A stretch of DNA of 58,508 nucleotides from positions 1 through 58,508 of the forward strand of contig CAJOQP010000111.1 in NCBI GenBank assembly GCA_905236515.1, given 5' to 3'. Position numbers and translations under genes: made by a program. The notes under the pieces were generated by a model. It was not told where the DNA came from. It ran no database searches and saw nothing but the letters and a program-made list of their open reading frames with translations. This DNA is from an uncultured Oscillospiraceae bacterium (GTDB lineage Bacteria > Bacillota > Clostridia > Oscillospirales > Oscillospiraceae). Positions 37,334 to 46,563 of the stretch are shown here, in pieces (positions within the stretch are counted from its first letter, which is position 1; every line of letters begins with the position of its first letter).

Positions 37334-37897
37334 ATGGGTTTTTTTAAGAATAAAACAGTTGCTATCATACTGGCAGTGATTCTTGTGATCGCCTCTACCC
37401 TTCTTGCCACTCACGTGAAACTGGGTAATAAAGTCAATGATATCACGGAAGGTTTTTACAATGGTATCAATTATGATGGCTATCTGCATCCATCGGTCTT
37501 TACACAACTGAAAAACATTTCCAGCTCCTGTCTCGGGATCAGTACGATCGCCATGGAATACGGGATCGATACAACATCACTCAATGATGCAAGAAGTCAT
37601 TTGGAGACCAATCTGGACGGTAAGGAAGGCAATATTAAAGAACTGTATGCAAACTATTCCGATCTGACAGCAGTTGCTACACAGGTGATCAATGAGCTGA
37701 AGACAAAAACGCTCAATGAGCGGGATCAGACCGGATTCTCTCAGTATCTGACGAACTACGACGGTGCTATAGCGACGATCGAGAGTTCCGGTTACAACGA
37801 ATCTGTCAGCACTTTCATCAATGGTCCGTATCATTCCTTCCCGGCCAATATTCTGGCGAAGCTGTCCGGAGTAAAAGCTCCTGCATATTTTGCTTAA
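37334..37897 (+). CDS. Membrane-anchored protein, probably a divergent LemA-family member
   Basis: ATG 37334 has SD AGGTG. There is one N-terminal TM segment. The C-terminal YNESVSTFINGPYHSFPANILAKLSGVKAPAYF resembles the LemA C-terminal signature YN..V..YN..I..FP.N..A...G......F. It sits directly upstream of a TPM gene, the usual LemA context. Confidence 0.5.
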   Translation: MGFFKNKTVAIILAVILVIASTLLATHVKLGNKVNDITEGFYNGINYDGYLHPSVFTQLKNISSSCLGISTIAMEYGIDTTSLNDARSHLETNLDGKEGNIKELYANYSDLTAVATQVINELKTKTLNERDQTGFSQYLTNYDGAIATIESSGYNESVSTFINGPYHSFPANILAKLSGVKAPAYFA

Positions 37898-37906
37898 GGT
37901 GATGAC

Positions 37907-38806
37907 ATGAGAACAAGGTTTATTCATGTTTTAATCGTTCTGATCATGATCACAAGTTTTCTTGTGATACCGATCCATGCGGAAACGCTGAACGCCAGTG
38001 ACGTATATTACGTAACCGATAATGCAAATGTCCTTTCCCAGTCTACTGTTGAGAAGATCAAAAATTTCAACGGTGCCCTGGAACAGCAGTGCAGCGGAGC
38101 TCAGATCGTTGTTGCCACCGTGAAATATACCGGAGGGTTCAGCAGCGATGAATACGCAATGAAGCTGTTCAACAGCTGGGGGATCGGTTCCAGCGATTAC
38201 AATAACGGGATTCTCATTCTGCTGGTAACGGAGGAAAACAAGTATTACATCCAGTGCGGTCTCGGTATTGATGTAGATTCTCTTGCAGACAGTCTTGGAG
38301 AAGATCTCAATAAGTTTGAGGATTATTTTGATGCCGGTAAATATGATCAGGCAGTCAACACGATCTTTGATGGTATGTTGGAATGGTTTGATACACAATA
38401 CACTGCAAATGTATCCCATGCCGATCAGTATATTACGAACTCGGATACCTACGGAGAATACGGAAGCAGCGTGGACCTTTTTTCACTTATCTGCACGCTG
38501 ATATTCCTGTATATCTTCTTTCATGCTATCGTTCGATCTATTCGCCGGACTCATTATATTCGAACCGGGACCTGGCTCCCCTATTTCCTGTTCTTTGGAC
38601 CGCGTCGTCCATATTGGGGATACCATACAGGAATGCATAACTATTACGATTTTTATAATCCATCATCCCATCATTCCAATTTTACGGGCGGAAGCTCATG
38701 GGGCTCTTTTGGCGGAAGCAGCCACGGCGGTGGTTTTGGTGGTTTCGGCGGCGGAATGGGCCATGGAGGCGGTGGCTTCGGTGGCGGTGGTTTTGGCCGC
38801 AGATAA
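37907..38806 (+). CDS. TPM-domain protein (YgcG-like) with a TM segment and a Gly-rich tail
   Basis: Signal/TM segment, then the TPM motifs VTDNANVLS...IVVATV and NNGILILL. A C-terminal TM segment is followed by GGSSHGGGFGGFGGGMGHGGGGFGGGGFGRR. Confidence 0.85.
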   Translation: MRTRFIHVLIVLIMITSFLVIPIHAETLNASDVYYVTDNANVLSQSTVEKIKNFNGALEQQCSGAQIVVATVKYTGGFSSDEYAMKLFNSWGIGSSDYNNGILILLVTEENKYYIQCGLGIDVDSLADSLGEDLNKFEDYFDAGKYDQAVNTIFDGMLEWFDTQYTANVSHADQYITNSDTYGEYGSSVDLFSLICTLIFLYIFFHAIVRSIRRTHYIRTGTWLPYFLFFGPRRPYWGYHTGMHNYYDFYNPSSHHSNFTGGSSWGSFGGSSHGGGFGGFGGGMGHGGGGFGGGGFGRR

Positions 38807-38829
38807 TCTGACAGAAAGGATTCATTTCT

Positions 38830-39300
38830 ATGTCTTTAGAATCCGCGACAGCATATCTGAAACAGTATGGAGTGGAAGATCGGATTCAGGTCTTCGATGT
38901 TTCCAGTGCTACAGTTGATCTGGCAGCACAGGCTGTCGGAGTGGAAGGTGCCAGGATCGCAAAAACGCTGTCTTTTAAAGGGAAAGTCAATCCTGTGCTT
39001 GTTGTCGCAGCAGGCGATGCTCGTGTGGATAACAAGAAATTTAAAGCTGAGTTTGGGCTGAAAGCCTCCATGCTTACACATGATGTCGTGGAGGAGCTGA
39101 TCGGACATAATGTCGGCGGGGTGTGCCCTTTCGCGGTAAAAGAAGACGTGGAGATCTACATCGATTCCAGTGTAAAGCGTTTTTCTTCTGTCTTTCCTGC
39201 CGTTGGAAGTGCCAACAGTGCCATTGAACTGACACCGGATGAGCTTTTTAGGATCTCCCGTGCGTTGCGATGGGTGGATGTCTGTAAGATCCCTGAATAA
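38830..39300 (+). CDS. YbaK/EbsC-family aminoacyl-tRNA deacylase domain protein
   Basis: 156 aa with the family-like IAKTL.FK....PVLVV..GD.RVD.KK and GGVCPF. Confidence 0.8.
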   Translation: MSLESATAYLKQYGVEDRIQVFDVSSATVDLAAQAVGVEGARIAKTLSFKGKVNPVLVVAAGDARVDNKKFKAEFGLKASMLTHDVVEELIGHNVGGVCPFAVKEDVEIYIDSSVKRFSSVFPAVGSANSAIELTPDELFRISRALRWVDVCKIPE

Positions 39301-39312
39301 TAAGAAAATGTA

Positions 39313-39354
39313 AAAGAGACGGTCTGAGAATCAAATCCCGGACCGTCTCTTTTG
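39313..39354. terminator. Bidirectional rho-independent terminator (ybaK-like / murD)
   Basis: Stem agagacggtc/gaccgtctct flanked by an A-run and a T-run. Confidence 0.85.
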
Positions 39355-39361
39355 TGTTGCC

Positions 39362-40747
39362 TTAAAGCTCAGCAACCAGTTCCTTGTAATATTTACCCCG
39401 TTCCATGAAGTTTTTAAAATGATCGAATGCGGCACATGCCGGGGACAGAAGAATGATATCGTCCTCCTCTGCTGCGGATACTGCAGCATGGAAACAGTTT
39501 TTGAAATCATCTACGATCTCTACGGGAGGATGATCTGTCTCACGGTTTTCTGCGTTCAGAATGGAGTCATAAATCTTTCTCGCGGTAGCACCGGTAAGGT
39601 ACACTTTCTTGCAGTATTTGTTGACCTCGACTCCCAGTTCTTCAAATGGGATCCCCTTATCGTATCCGCCGGCGATAAGGATCGGTTTTTTCTTCATAGC
39701 ATGGAGTCCCGCAATGGTGCGTGTCGGACTCGTTCCGATGGAATCATTGATGAACGTGATCCCTTTCCATACCCGGACCCTTTCCAGACGATGCTCCACA
39801 CCGGCAAAGGTATGAGCTACTTCCCTGCAAGTCTCATCTGTGACCAGGCCGCGTGTGGCACATATAGCTGCAAGATAGTTCTCGAGATTGTGAACTCCGG
39901 GCAAGATGATATCGGTCGATGACATGATCAACTGAGGTTCAGCGCTGGGTTCGACCGAATAAATGCGGTCACCCTCGCTGAAAACTCCGGCTGTCACCTT
40001 CTGCTCTCTGGCAAAATAAGAAATGTTTCCAGCACTCATTCCTTCATAATACGGAGTCATTTCATCTCTCGCATTCAGGATCAGGCGATCTTCCTTGTTC
40101 TGTTTCAGAAAGATGTTGGCTTTGGAATCATAGTAATCTTTATAATCAAGATGCTTATCAAGATGATTCGGAGAAATATTGGTGATCACAGCAATATTGG
40201 GATGAGCATCCATACTGTGTAGCTGGAAAGAACTCAGCTCCAGAACGGTAATGTCCTCCGGCTGGATCATTTCCACTTCCGAAAACAGCGGATGGCCGAT
40301 ATTGCCTCCTAAATGGACACGGAAGCCCTGTTTTTTCAAAAGCTCTGAAATGATAGTGGTGGTAGTAGTTTTGCCGTCTGAACCGGTTACAGCGATAACA
40401 CGACAGGGACAGATTTTAAGAAATGCTTCCATTTCTGAAGTGAGGATACTTCCCTGTTCTTTGGCGTGAACAAGATGTGGATCAAAAGGCATCAGACCGG
40501 GAGTGCGGAAAATAACGTCAAAATCAAGCTGTTCAAGATAGTCAGGGCCCAGCTGGAGCTTTACTCCTCTGGATTTAAACTCCTGCGCAGCTTCTCCCAG
40601 TTCCTCCTCGGAATGGACATCGCATGCGGTGATGTCGGTCAGGCCATGATCCAGAAGAGTGCGGATCAATGGAATATTACTTACACCGATCCCGAGAACT
40701 CCAATAGACTTTCCTTTCAAGCTGTTGATATATTCATTCATTGTCAT
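39362..40747 (-). CDS. murD: UDP-N-acetylmuramoyl-L-alanine--D-glutamate ligase
   Basis: The start is ATG 40747 (SD GAGGT, 7-nt spacing). Motifs are VLGIGVSN, the P-loop GSDGKTTTT and the Mur ligase C-terminal domain. Confidence 0.95.
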   Translation of the reverse strand: MTMNEYINSLKGKSIGVLGIGVSNIPLIRTLLDHGLTDITACDVHSEEELGEAAQEFKSRGVKLQLGPDYLEQLDFDVIFRTPGLMPFDPHLVHAKEQGSILTSEMEAFLKICPCRVIAVTGSDGKTTTTTIISELLKKQGFRVHLGGNIGHPLFSEVEMIQPEDITVLELSSFQLHSMDAHPNIAVITNISPNHLDKHLDYKDYYDSKANIFLKQNKEDRLILNARDEMTPYYEGMSAGNISYFAREQKVTAGVFSEGDRIYSVEPSAEPQLIMSSTDIILPGVHNLENYLAAICATRGLVTDETCREVAHTFAGVEHRLERVRVWKGITFINDSIGTSPTRTIAGLHAMKKKPILIAGGYDKGIPFEELGVEVNKYCKKVYLTGATARKIYDSILNAENRETDHPPVEIVDDFKNCFHAAVSAAEEDDIILLSPACAAFDHFKNFMERGKYYKELVAEL

Positions 40748-40787
40748 TCGGATTACCTCAGTTTTCATGGGGATATTATCAGGAGAA

Positions 40788-40816
40788 ATTATAAACCTGC
40801 TTGCATCAGTTTACAA
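40788..40816 (-). promoter_or_regulatory. Putative sigma-A promoter of murD (TTGTAA-17 nt-TATAAT)
   Basis: The minus strand reads TTGTAAactgatgcaagcaggttTATAAT. Confidence 0.6.
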
Positions 40817-40839
40817 GAATTTCGCCGTGGAAATTAATG

Positions 40840-40867
40840 TTGACTTCAATAAACTCGGTGCTACAAT
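40840..40867 (+). promoter_or_regulatory. Sigma-A promoter of rnpB (TTGACT-16 nt-TGcTACAAT, extended -10)
   Basis: Read directly from the sequence. The predicted TSS at about 40874-40875 coincides with the 5' strand of the RNase P P1 stem. Confidence 0.7.
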
Positions 40868-40874
40868 AACTAAA

Positions 40875-41213
40875 GTAGTTCGCTGAGCAGTCGCGGGTAC
40901 AATATGAAAATATGTACGTGAGGAAAGTCCGGGCTCCAGGGGCAAGAATAACGGATAACATCCGCCAGGGGTGACCCTCGGACAAGTGCAACAGAAATAT
41001 ACCGCCGGTTTTCCGGTAAGGGTGGAAAGGCGAGGTAAGAGCTCACCCGTCACATGGAGACATGCTGACGCTGTAAACTCTATTCGGAGCAACACCGTGG
41101 AAGGACATACAGGCACGCCCCGCCGTCCTGAGGAGGTGGCTTGAGCACGGGAGCAATCCCCTGCCACAGATAGATGACTGCTTTTAACAGAACCCGGCTT
41201 ACAGGCGGACTCA
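40875..41213 (+). ncRNA. rnpB: RNase P RNA, bacterial type A
   Basis: Universal P4 strands GAGGAAAGTCCGGGCTCC (5') and ACAGAACCCGGCTTAC (3') are present. The type-A hallmark GGTAAGGGTGGAAAGGCGAGGTAAGAGCTCACC is present. The 5' GTTCGCTG pairs with the 3' CAGGCGGAC as P1. The ends are good to within about 5 nt. Confidence 0.93.
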
Positions 41214-41253
41214 AAAACGGCCATTGCTTGACATTTCATGCAATGGCCGTTTT
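41214..41253. terminator. Bidirectional rho-independent terminator (rnpB / yebC)
   Basis: Stem aaaacggccattgc/gcaatggccgtttt with a 12-nt loop. Confidence 0.85.
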
Positions 41254-41265
41254 ATAATATTATGA

Positions 41266-42000
41266 TCAGTTTTCCCAGTTGTGCCAAACGTTCTGCACAT
41301 CATCATTGTCTTCGAACATTTCAAGCATTTTCTCCATGTTCTTCACATCATCTTCGCTGTCCAGTTTGATATAACCGTTCTGCGGAATCATTTCAACCTG
41401 AGCAGAAAGAAGAGCATAGCCTTTCTCTGTCAGTTTGTTGGAAACAGCAGCAACATCATCCGGAACCGTGTAGACCGTATAGATATTCTCATCCGGTTCA
41501 AAATCTTCGGCTCCGCAGTCCAGTGCGTCCATCATAACGGTATCTTCATCCAGCTCCTGATCTTCATTATCAATAACAATGACACCTTTGCGGTCAAACG
41601 ACCAGGAAACACATCCGGTAGCGCCGAGATTTCCGCCGTATTTATCAAAGTAATGGCGTACTTCGCTGGCAGTACGATTGCGGTTATCCGTCATCGCATC
41701 AACAATAACGGCAACACCGTTAGGTCCATATCCTTCATAGGTGATGCGTTCATAGTTGTCGGTATTGCCTGCACCTAATGCCTTCTCGATAGTTCTCTTG
41801 ATGTTGTCGTTGGGCATGTTAGCGGCTTTTGCTTTTGCGATAACCGCGGCAAGTTTGGAATTGCTGTCCGGGTTGCCCCCTCCACCTTCCTTGACCGCAA
41901 CGATCATTTCACGGGCGATCTTGGTAAAGGTCTGAGCGCGTTTTGCATCAGCAGCGCCTTTGGTCTTTTGAATGTTATGCCATTTCGAATGTCCGGACAT
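41266..42000 (-). CDS. YebC/PmpR-family DNA-binding transcriptional regulator
   Basis: The canonical start MSGHSKWHNIQ is at 42000. The upstream extension in the track is hydrophobic junk. Confidence 0.93.
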   Translation of the reverse strand: MSGHSKWHNIQKTKGAADAKRAQTFTKIAREMIVAVKEGGGGNPDSNSKLAAVIAKAKAANMPNDNIKRTIEKALGAGNTDNYERITYEGYGPNGVAVIVDAMTDNRNRTASEVRHYFDKYGGNLGATGCVSWSFDRKGVIVIDNEDQELDEDTVMMDALDCGAEDFEPDENIYTVYTVPDDVAAVSNKLTEKGYALLSAQVEMIPQNGYIKLDSEDDVKNMEKMLEMFEDNDDVQNVWHNWEN

Positions 42001-42072
42001 AAAAACAACTCCTTCAAATACTAAAATTTCACTAAATATGAATATTATCACACAGTATTGCCATAAGCAACA

Positions 42073-42978
42073 CTATTTTCTGCCACTTTTTGTTCTGCTC
42101 TTGTTCTCCCAGTCTTTCCTGTTTTTTGCAACTTCAAATAAACGAACATAACTCTGATGACGTGTTTCCGGTATCTCACCTTCCGCTACAGCGGTCAGAA
42201 TGGAGCAGTCCGGTTCATTGATATGATAACAGTCGTCAAAGCGGCATTTTCCCAAATGAGGACGAAACTCCGGGAAGCATGCAGGGAGATCTTCTTTCTC
42301 AATCCCGGCAATCATATCAACATCAAAGGAAGCAAATCCGGGAGTGTCCGCAATATATGTATCCTCTCCGATATCGTGGAGTTCTACATGCCGGGTGGTG
42401 TGTTTGCCTCTACCCAGTTTATCGCTTACATCATCCACTTTCAGATTCAATTCCGGTGAAATGGAATTGAGTATACTGGATTTCCCAACACCGGAGTTGC
42501 CGGTAAATGCAGAGATTTTTCCTTTCAGAAGCTCTTTCAATTCTACAATTCCGGATCCGGTAAGAGCGCTTGTGGAGATCACACGGAATCCACATCTTTC
42601 ATAAATAGAAAACAATTCTTCTCCTGAATCTATATCCGTCTTATTGATACAGATCACGGTTTCACACCCGGCATACTCGGAAATAACAGAAACCCGGTCG
42701 ATGAGAAAAGGATCGGTAATGGGATTCGTATTGGCAGCAATAAATACCATGACATCGATATTGGCTACTGCCGGTCGTATGAAGGAATTTTTACGGGGAA
42801 GGATTTCTTCAAGCCTTCCTTCCCCATTCTGATCTTCCATGATGATGACATGGTCGCCGACCAGAGGAGTCATTCCATCTAAACGGAATTTTCCTCTGGC
42901 ACGACACTGTATGATCTTGTCCGTAGTCTTTACGTAATAAAAACCACTTAATGCTTTAATTATCGTTCCCTTCGGCAT
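42073..42978 (-). CDS. rsgA: Ribosome small-subunit-dependent GTPase A
   Basis: 301 aa with an OB fold, the circularly permuted GTPase motifs NKTD and GNSGVGKSS, and a C-terminal zinc knuckle C..C.H..EP.C. Confidence 0.95.
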   Translation of the reverse strand: MPKGTIIKALSGFYYVKTTDKIIQCRARGKFRLDGMTPLVGDHVIIMEDQNGEGRLEEILPRKNSFIRPAVANIDVMVFIAANTNPITDPFLIDRVSVISEYAGCETVICINKTDIDSGEELFSIYERCGFRVISTSALTGSGIVELKELLKGKISAFTGNSGVGKSSILNSISPELNLKVDDVSDKLGRGKHTTRHVELHDIGEDTYIADTPGFASFDVDMIAGIEKEDLPACFPEFRPHLGKCRFDDCYHINEPDCSILTAVAEGEIPETRHQSYVRLFEVAKNRKDWENKSRTKSGRK

Positions 42979-42995
42979 ACATACCTCTTAATGTA

Positions 42996-44753
42996 TTAAT
43001 TGGCAACTTCTACATAGACAGTGGTGCCGTTGCTGACACTCACTCCAGGTTTAGGAACTTGTCCTATTACAGTACCAGAGGCCTTGCCGCTGTTAGGCGT
43101 ATATGTGATTTCCTCCGACAATTTCAACTTGTTCTCTTCGATAATAGCACGGACTTCTGTAATGTTCTTTCCTTCCAGTTCCGGCATCTCGACCGTAGTT
43201 TTTTCAGGACCGGAGCTGATAAGGATTGTGATGGTAGAACCAATATCCTGATCCGTACCAATTTCCGGAGTGCAGCTAATCACATATCCTTCTTTAATGG
43301 AGCCGGATGGTGCCGTGTTTGTCTGAACGACAAAACCGGCATCTTCAAGGATCTTCTTTGCTTCCTCTCCGGTGTATTTACCATCACCGATATCCGGTAC
43401 TTCCACCTGGGTATATCCGGAACTGATAGTAAACTCGATGTCTATTCCGTTAGACAGTTTGGACATGTTCTTATGCGCTGCAGGTGTCTGACCGATGATG
43501 GTACCATAGTCGTGCTGAGTATCGATGGCCACCTTCTCGGAGAAATTATACAGTCCTTTGTATTCCTTGTTGTTGATAACGTCTTCGTACTTCTGACCGG
43601 AAAAATCGGGGATTTCCACTTTTTCGCTGGCGGAGAAAAGATCTTTCAGCCAGAAATTCCATAGAAATGCGACCAGAGCCAATATGAGGAGCAACACACA
43701 GAACACTCCGGTAAGCATTGTGACTTTACGGGAACGTCTGCGGCGTTTTTTATAGTTTTCCTTGGTTAGCTCACCCTTTTCACGGATGGGTGCCACTTCA
43801 GGAACCTGTTTTTCCTTCACTTCTTTTTTGACAGGAGTCTTTTTCACCGGTTTGGTTTCCTTTGGTTCCAAATCGATGGGTCCGATGGAGGACTTCATCT
43901 CCTCGGTAACCTGTTCTTTACGGAAGTGTTCCAGATCCTGAACCATTTCCTCTGCAGTCTGGTATCTGGTCTGCAGATCACTGGACATTGCCTTAAGAAT
44001 GATCTTTTCAAGACGAACAGGAATGGATTTATTCAGTTTGCGCGGACGGACAGGATTGCCGTTGATGTGCTTAATGGCAATCTCCTCCGGTGTCTCCCCG
44101 GTATAGGGATACTGGCCGGTGAGCATTTCATACATTACGACACCCAGAGAATAGATGTCACTACGAGCATCTGCTGCGGCTCCTTTAGACTGCTCCGGTG
44201 CCATATAATGGACAGAACCAAGTGCTTCATCGGAGTCACCCATACTGTTCTGAAGCGCTGCGATACCAAAATCTGCAACTTTGATCGTGCCGTCTTTCAG
44301 AAGCATAATGTTCTGAGGTTTGATATCTCTGTGAATGATTCCCTTTTCATGGGCATGAGCAAGTGCTTTTGCAATCTGTGCTGAAAAATGCAGGGATTCC
44401 TTCCAGTTAAGCTGTCCGCGTTTTTTGATATACTGCTTCAGCGTGATGCCATCGATGAGTTCCATAACGATATATTCAATAGCATCTCCTACATCATCGC
44501 TGTGTCCCACGTCATAGATCGAAACGATATTCGGATGTGAAAGCATGGCAATAGCTCTGGATTCTGCCAAAAAACGCTCTCTTGATTCATCATCGGCGAT
44601 GAGATCGTCTTTCAGAATTTTAATGGCATCATAGCGATTTAGTTTGCGGTCCAGAGATTTATACACCACGCTCATACCGCCGGAACCAATAAGCTCGAGC
44701 TGTTCATAACGGTCATCCAGAAGTTTTCCAATGTACTTATCTTCATTTACCAT
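42996..44753 (-). CDS. prkC: Ser/Thr protein kinase PrkC/Stk1 type with three PASTA repeats
   Basis: 585 aa with the Hanks kinase motifs GSGGMSVVY, HRDIKPQN and DFG, a TM segment, and three extracellular PASTA-like repeats. Confidence 0.93.
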   Translation of the reverse strand: MVNEDKYIGKLLDDRYEQLELIGSGGMSVVYKSLDRKLNRYDAIKILKDDLIADDESRERFLAESRAIAMLSHPNIVSIYDVGHSDDVGDAIEYIVMELIDGITLKQYIKKRGQLNWKESLHFSAQIAKALAHAHEKGIIHRDIKPQNIMLLKDGTIKVADFGIAALQNSMGDSDEALGSVHYMAPEQSKGAAADARSDIYSLGVVMYEMLTGQYPYTGETPEEIAIKHINGNPVRPRKLNKSIPVRLEKIILKAMSSDLQTRYQTAEEMVQDLEHFRKEQVTEEMKSSIGPIDLEPKETKPVKKTPVKKEVKEKQVPEVAPIREKGELTKENYKKRRRRSRKVTMLTGVFCVLLLILALVAFLWNFWLKDLFSASEKVEIPDFSGQKYEDVINNKEYKGLYNFSEKVAIDTQHDYGTIIGQTPAAHKNMSKLSNGIDIEFTISSGYTQVEVPDIGDGKYTGEEAKKILEDAGFVVQTNTAPSGSIKEGYVISCTPEIGTDQDIGSTITILISSGPEKTTVEMPELEGKNITEVRAIIEENKLKLSEEITYTPNSGKASGTVIGQVPKPGVSVSNGTTVYVEVAN

Positions 44754-44770
44754 ATATGATCACCTCCTGC

Positions 44771-45508
44771 TTAAATAGTAACGGCAACAGCCGTTGTATT
44801 GTCCGGTGCACCGCGATCCAGTGCAACTTGAATCAGATGATTGACGAATTCCTCCGCCGAGTCATAAATCTGAGAATAGTTGAGAAGTTCATCATCAGAA
44901 ATAATATTTGTTACTCCATCACTGCACAGGAAAAGCCGATCCCCTTTATGCAGATTGATATGAAATACATCCGACTGAATTTCTCCTTCGATCCCCAGCG
45001 CATTTGTAATAATATTCTTACGAGGATGATTCTTAGCCTGTTCCTCAGTAATCTCTCCTCTGCGGACCATCTCCGCAACAAGAGAGTGATCCTGCGTGAT
45101 CTGCTGGATTGATTTTTTGCTGATCAGATATGCTCTGCTGTCACCGACATTTACGATAAAAGCCTGATCTTTTCGAATAAGAGCTCCCACCAATGTCGTG
45201 CCCATGCCATTATAATCAGCATCGAAACAGGAATACTGGTATACGATGCCATTGGATTCTGCACAGGCAGTGGAGATGATCTTGCTGTAAGAAGGCCGTT
45301 TCAAAGTGGAACCAAACAGATGACGCTCAAGATAGTCCATAAAAGTCTTGGTGCCGAGATTGCTGGCAAGGCCTCCGGCTTTTGCTCCGCCCATTCCGTC
45401 ACACACAACAGCCGCGACAAGACGTCTTTCTGAATCCTCCCGGATTGCAAAATCGTCCTGATTCTCTTTTCGTACTTTCCCAATATCGGTTTTTCCGAAA
45501 TACTCCAT
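44771..45508 (-). CDS. prpC: PP2C-family Ser/Thr phosphatase (PrpC/Stp)
   Basis: 245 aa with RKENQD, VCDGMGG and NVGDSR. Confidence 0.93.
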   Translation of the reverse strand: MEYFGKTDIGKVRKENQDDFAIREDSERRLVAAVVCDGMGGAKAGGLASNLGTKTFMDYLERHLFGSTLKRPSYSKIISTACAESNGIVYQYSCFDADYNGMGTTLVGALIRKDQAFIVNVGDSRAYLISKKSIQQITQDHSLVAEMVRRGEITEEQAKNHPRKNIITNALGIEGEIQSDVFHINLHKGDRLFLCSDGVTNIISDDELLNYSQIYDSAEEFVNHLIQVALDRGAPDNTTAVAVTI

Positions 45509-45516
45509 AGCAACTC

Positions 45517-46563
45517 CTATGTCGTCATTCTTTTACGACGAAGCTGTCCGCAAGAGGCATCTACATCGCTGCCAAGTTTCCGGCGTACAGTGACATTGAC
45601 TCCCCGACCTGTAAGGATCTTGATAAAGGATTCCATCTGAGCATCTGTCGTCGGTTTAAACGGACGTTCTGCGACATAATTCAGTGTAATGAGATTCACA
45701 TGTGCTCCGACTTTCTTTGCGCAGTCAGCCAGAAGTTTGGCATGATGATCAGAATCATTCACACCGTTGATCATTGCATACTCGAAAGAGATCCTGCGGC
45801 CTGTCTTTTCATAATACCGAAGACAGGCATCCAGAAGCGCATCAATGCCACGTCCATTATTTGCCGGCATGATTCTGGAACGGGTCTCATCATCGGGAGC
45901 ATGTAGTGAAACCGTTAACGTTAATTGTAAATTATATGAAGCCAATTTGTCAAACTTTTCAACCAGTCCGCAGGTAGACAAAGTGATATGTCTCATTCCG
46001 ATGTTAACTCCATCAGAAGAGTTGACCAATTGAAGGAATTTTATGACATTATCCAGATTATCCAGCGGCTCCCCGATGCCCATCAACACTATATTGTTGA
46101 TCTTCTTTCCGGAATCCGCCTGCGAAAAAATGATCTCGCTCAGCATTTCGGAAGGAGTTAAGTTTCGAACAAGACCTCCAATGGTGGAGGCACAGAACGC
46201 ACAACCCTGCCGGCAGCCTACCTGGGTGGAGATACAGATGGTATTGCCATAGTGATAGCTCATGACAACAGTTTCCACTGCGTTGCCGTCTTCCAATTCC
46301 CACAGATATTTAATAGTTCCGTCTTCTGATGAAACCTGTTTGCTCAGTACAACAGGACGGTATACACTATAACGCTGGGCCAGCTGTTGGCGAAGATCTT
46401 TTGAAATGTTCGTCATTTCATCAAAACTTCCGATATCACGGGAAAGCCATTGAAATATCTGTTTGGCACGAAATGACGGTTGCCCCATCTCTGACATCTC
46501 GGTCTTCAGTTCGTCCAGAGACAATGAGCGGATATCTATTAATTTGTTTTCTTCATCTTGCAT
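45517..46563 (-). CDS. rlmN: 23S rRNA/tRNA (adenine-C2)-methyltransferase RlmN (radical SAM)
   Basis: 348 aa with the radical-SAM CxxxCxxC motif (CRQGCAFC) and the C-terminal catalytic Cys (DASCGQL). Confidence 0.95.
   Translation of the reverse strand: MQDEENKLIDIRSLSLDELKTEMSEMGQPSFRAKQIFQWLSRDIGSFDEMTNISKDLRQQLAQRYSVYRPVVLSKQVSSEDGTIKYLWELEDGNAVETVVMSYHYGNTICISTQVGCRQGCAFCASTIGGLVRNLTPSEMLSEIIFSQADSGKKINNIVLMGIGEPLDNLDNVIKFLQLVNSSDGVNIGMRHITLSTCGLVEKFDKLASYNLQLTLTVSLHAPDDETRSRIMPANNGRGIDALLDACLRYYEKTGRRISFEYAMINGVNDSDHHAKLLADCAKKVGAHVNLITLNYVAERPFKPTTDAQMESFIKILTGRGVNVTVRRKLGSDVDASCGQLRRKRMTT

Noticed and set aside
38690-38806. Short repeated GGCGGTGGTTTTGG units (and the GGTG/GGAG-rich repeats at 20826-20978) as possible tandem repeats or a CRISPR-like array
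   Set aside because: Both lie inside ORFs and encode low-complexity Gly-rich and Pro/Thr-rich protein segments. The units are irregular and there is no repeat-spacer periodicity.
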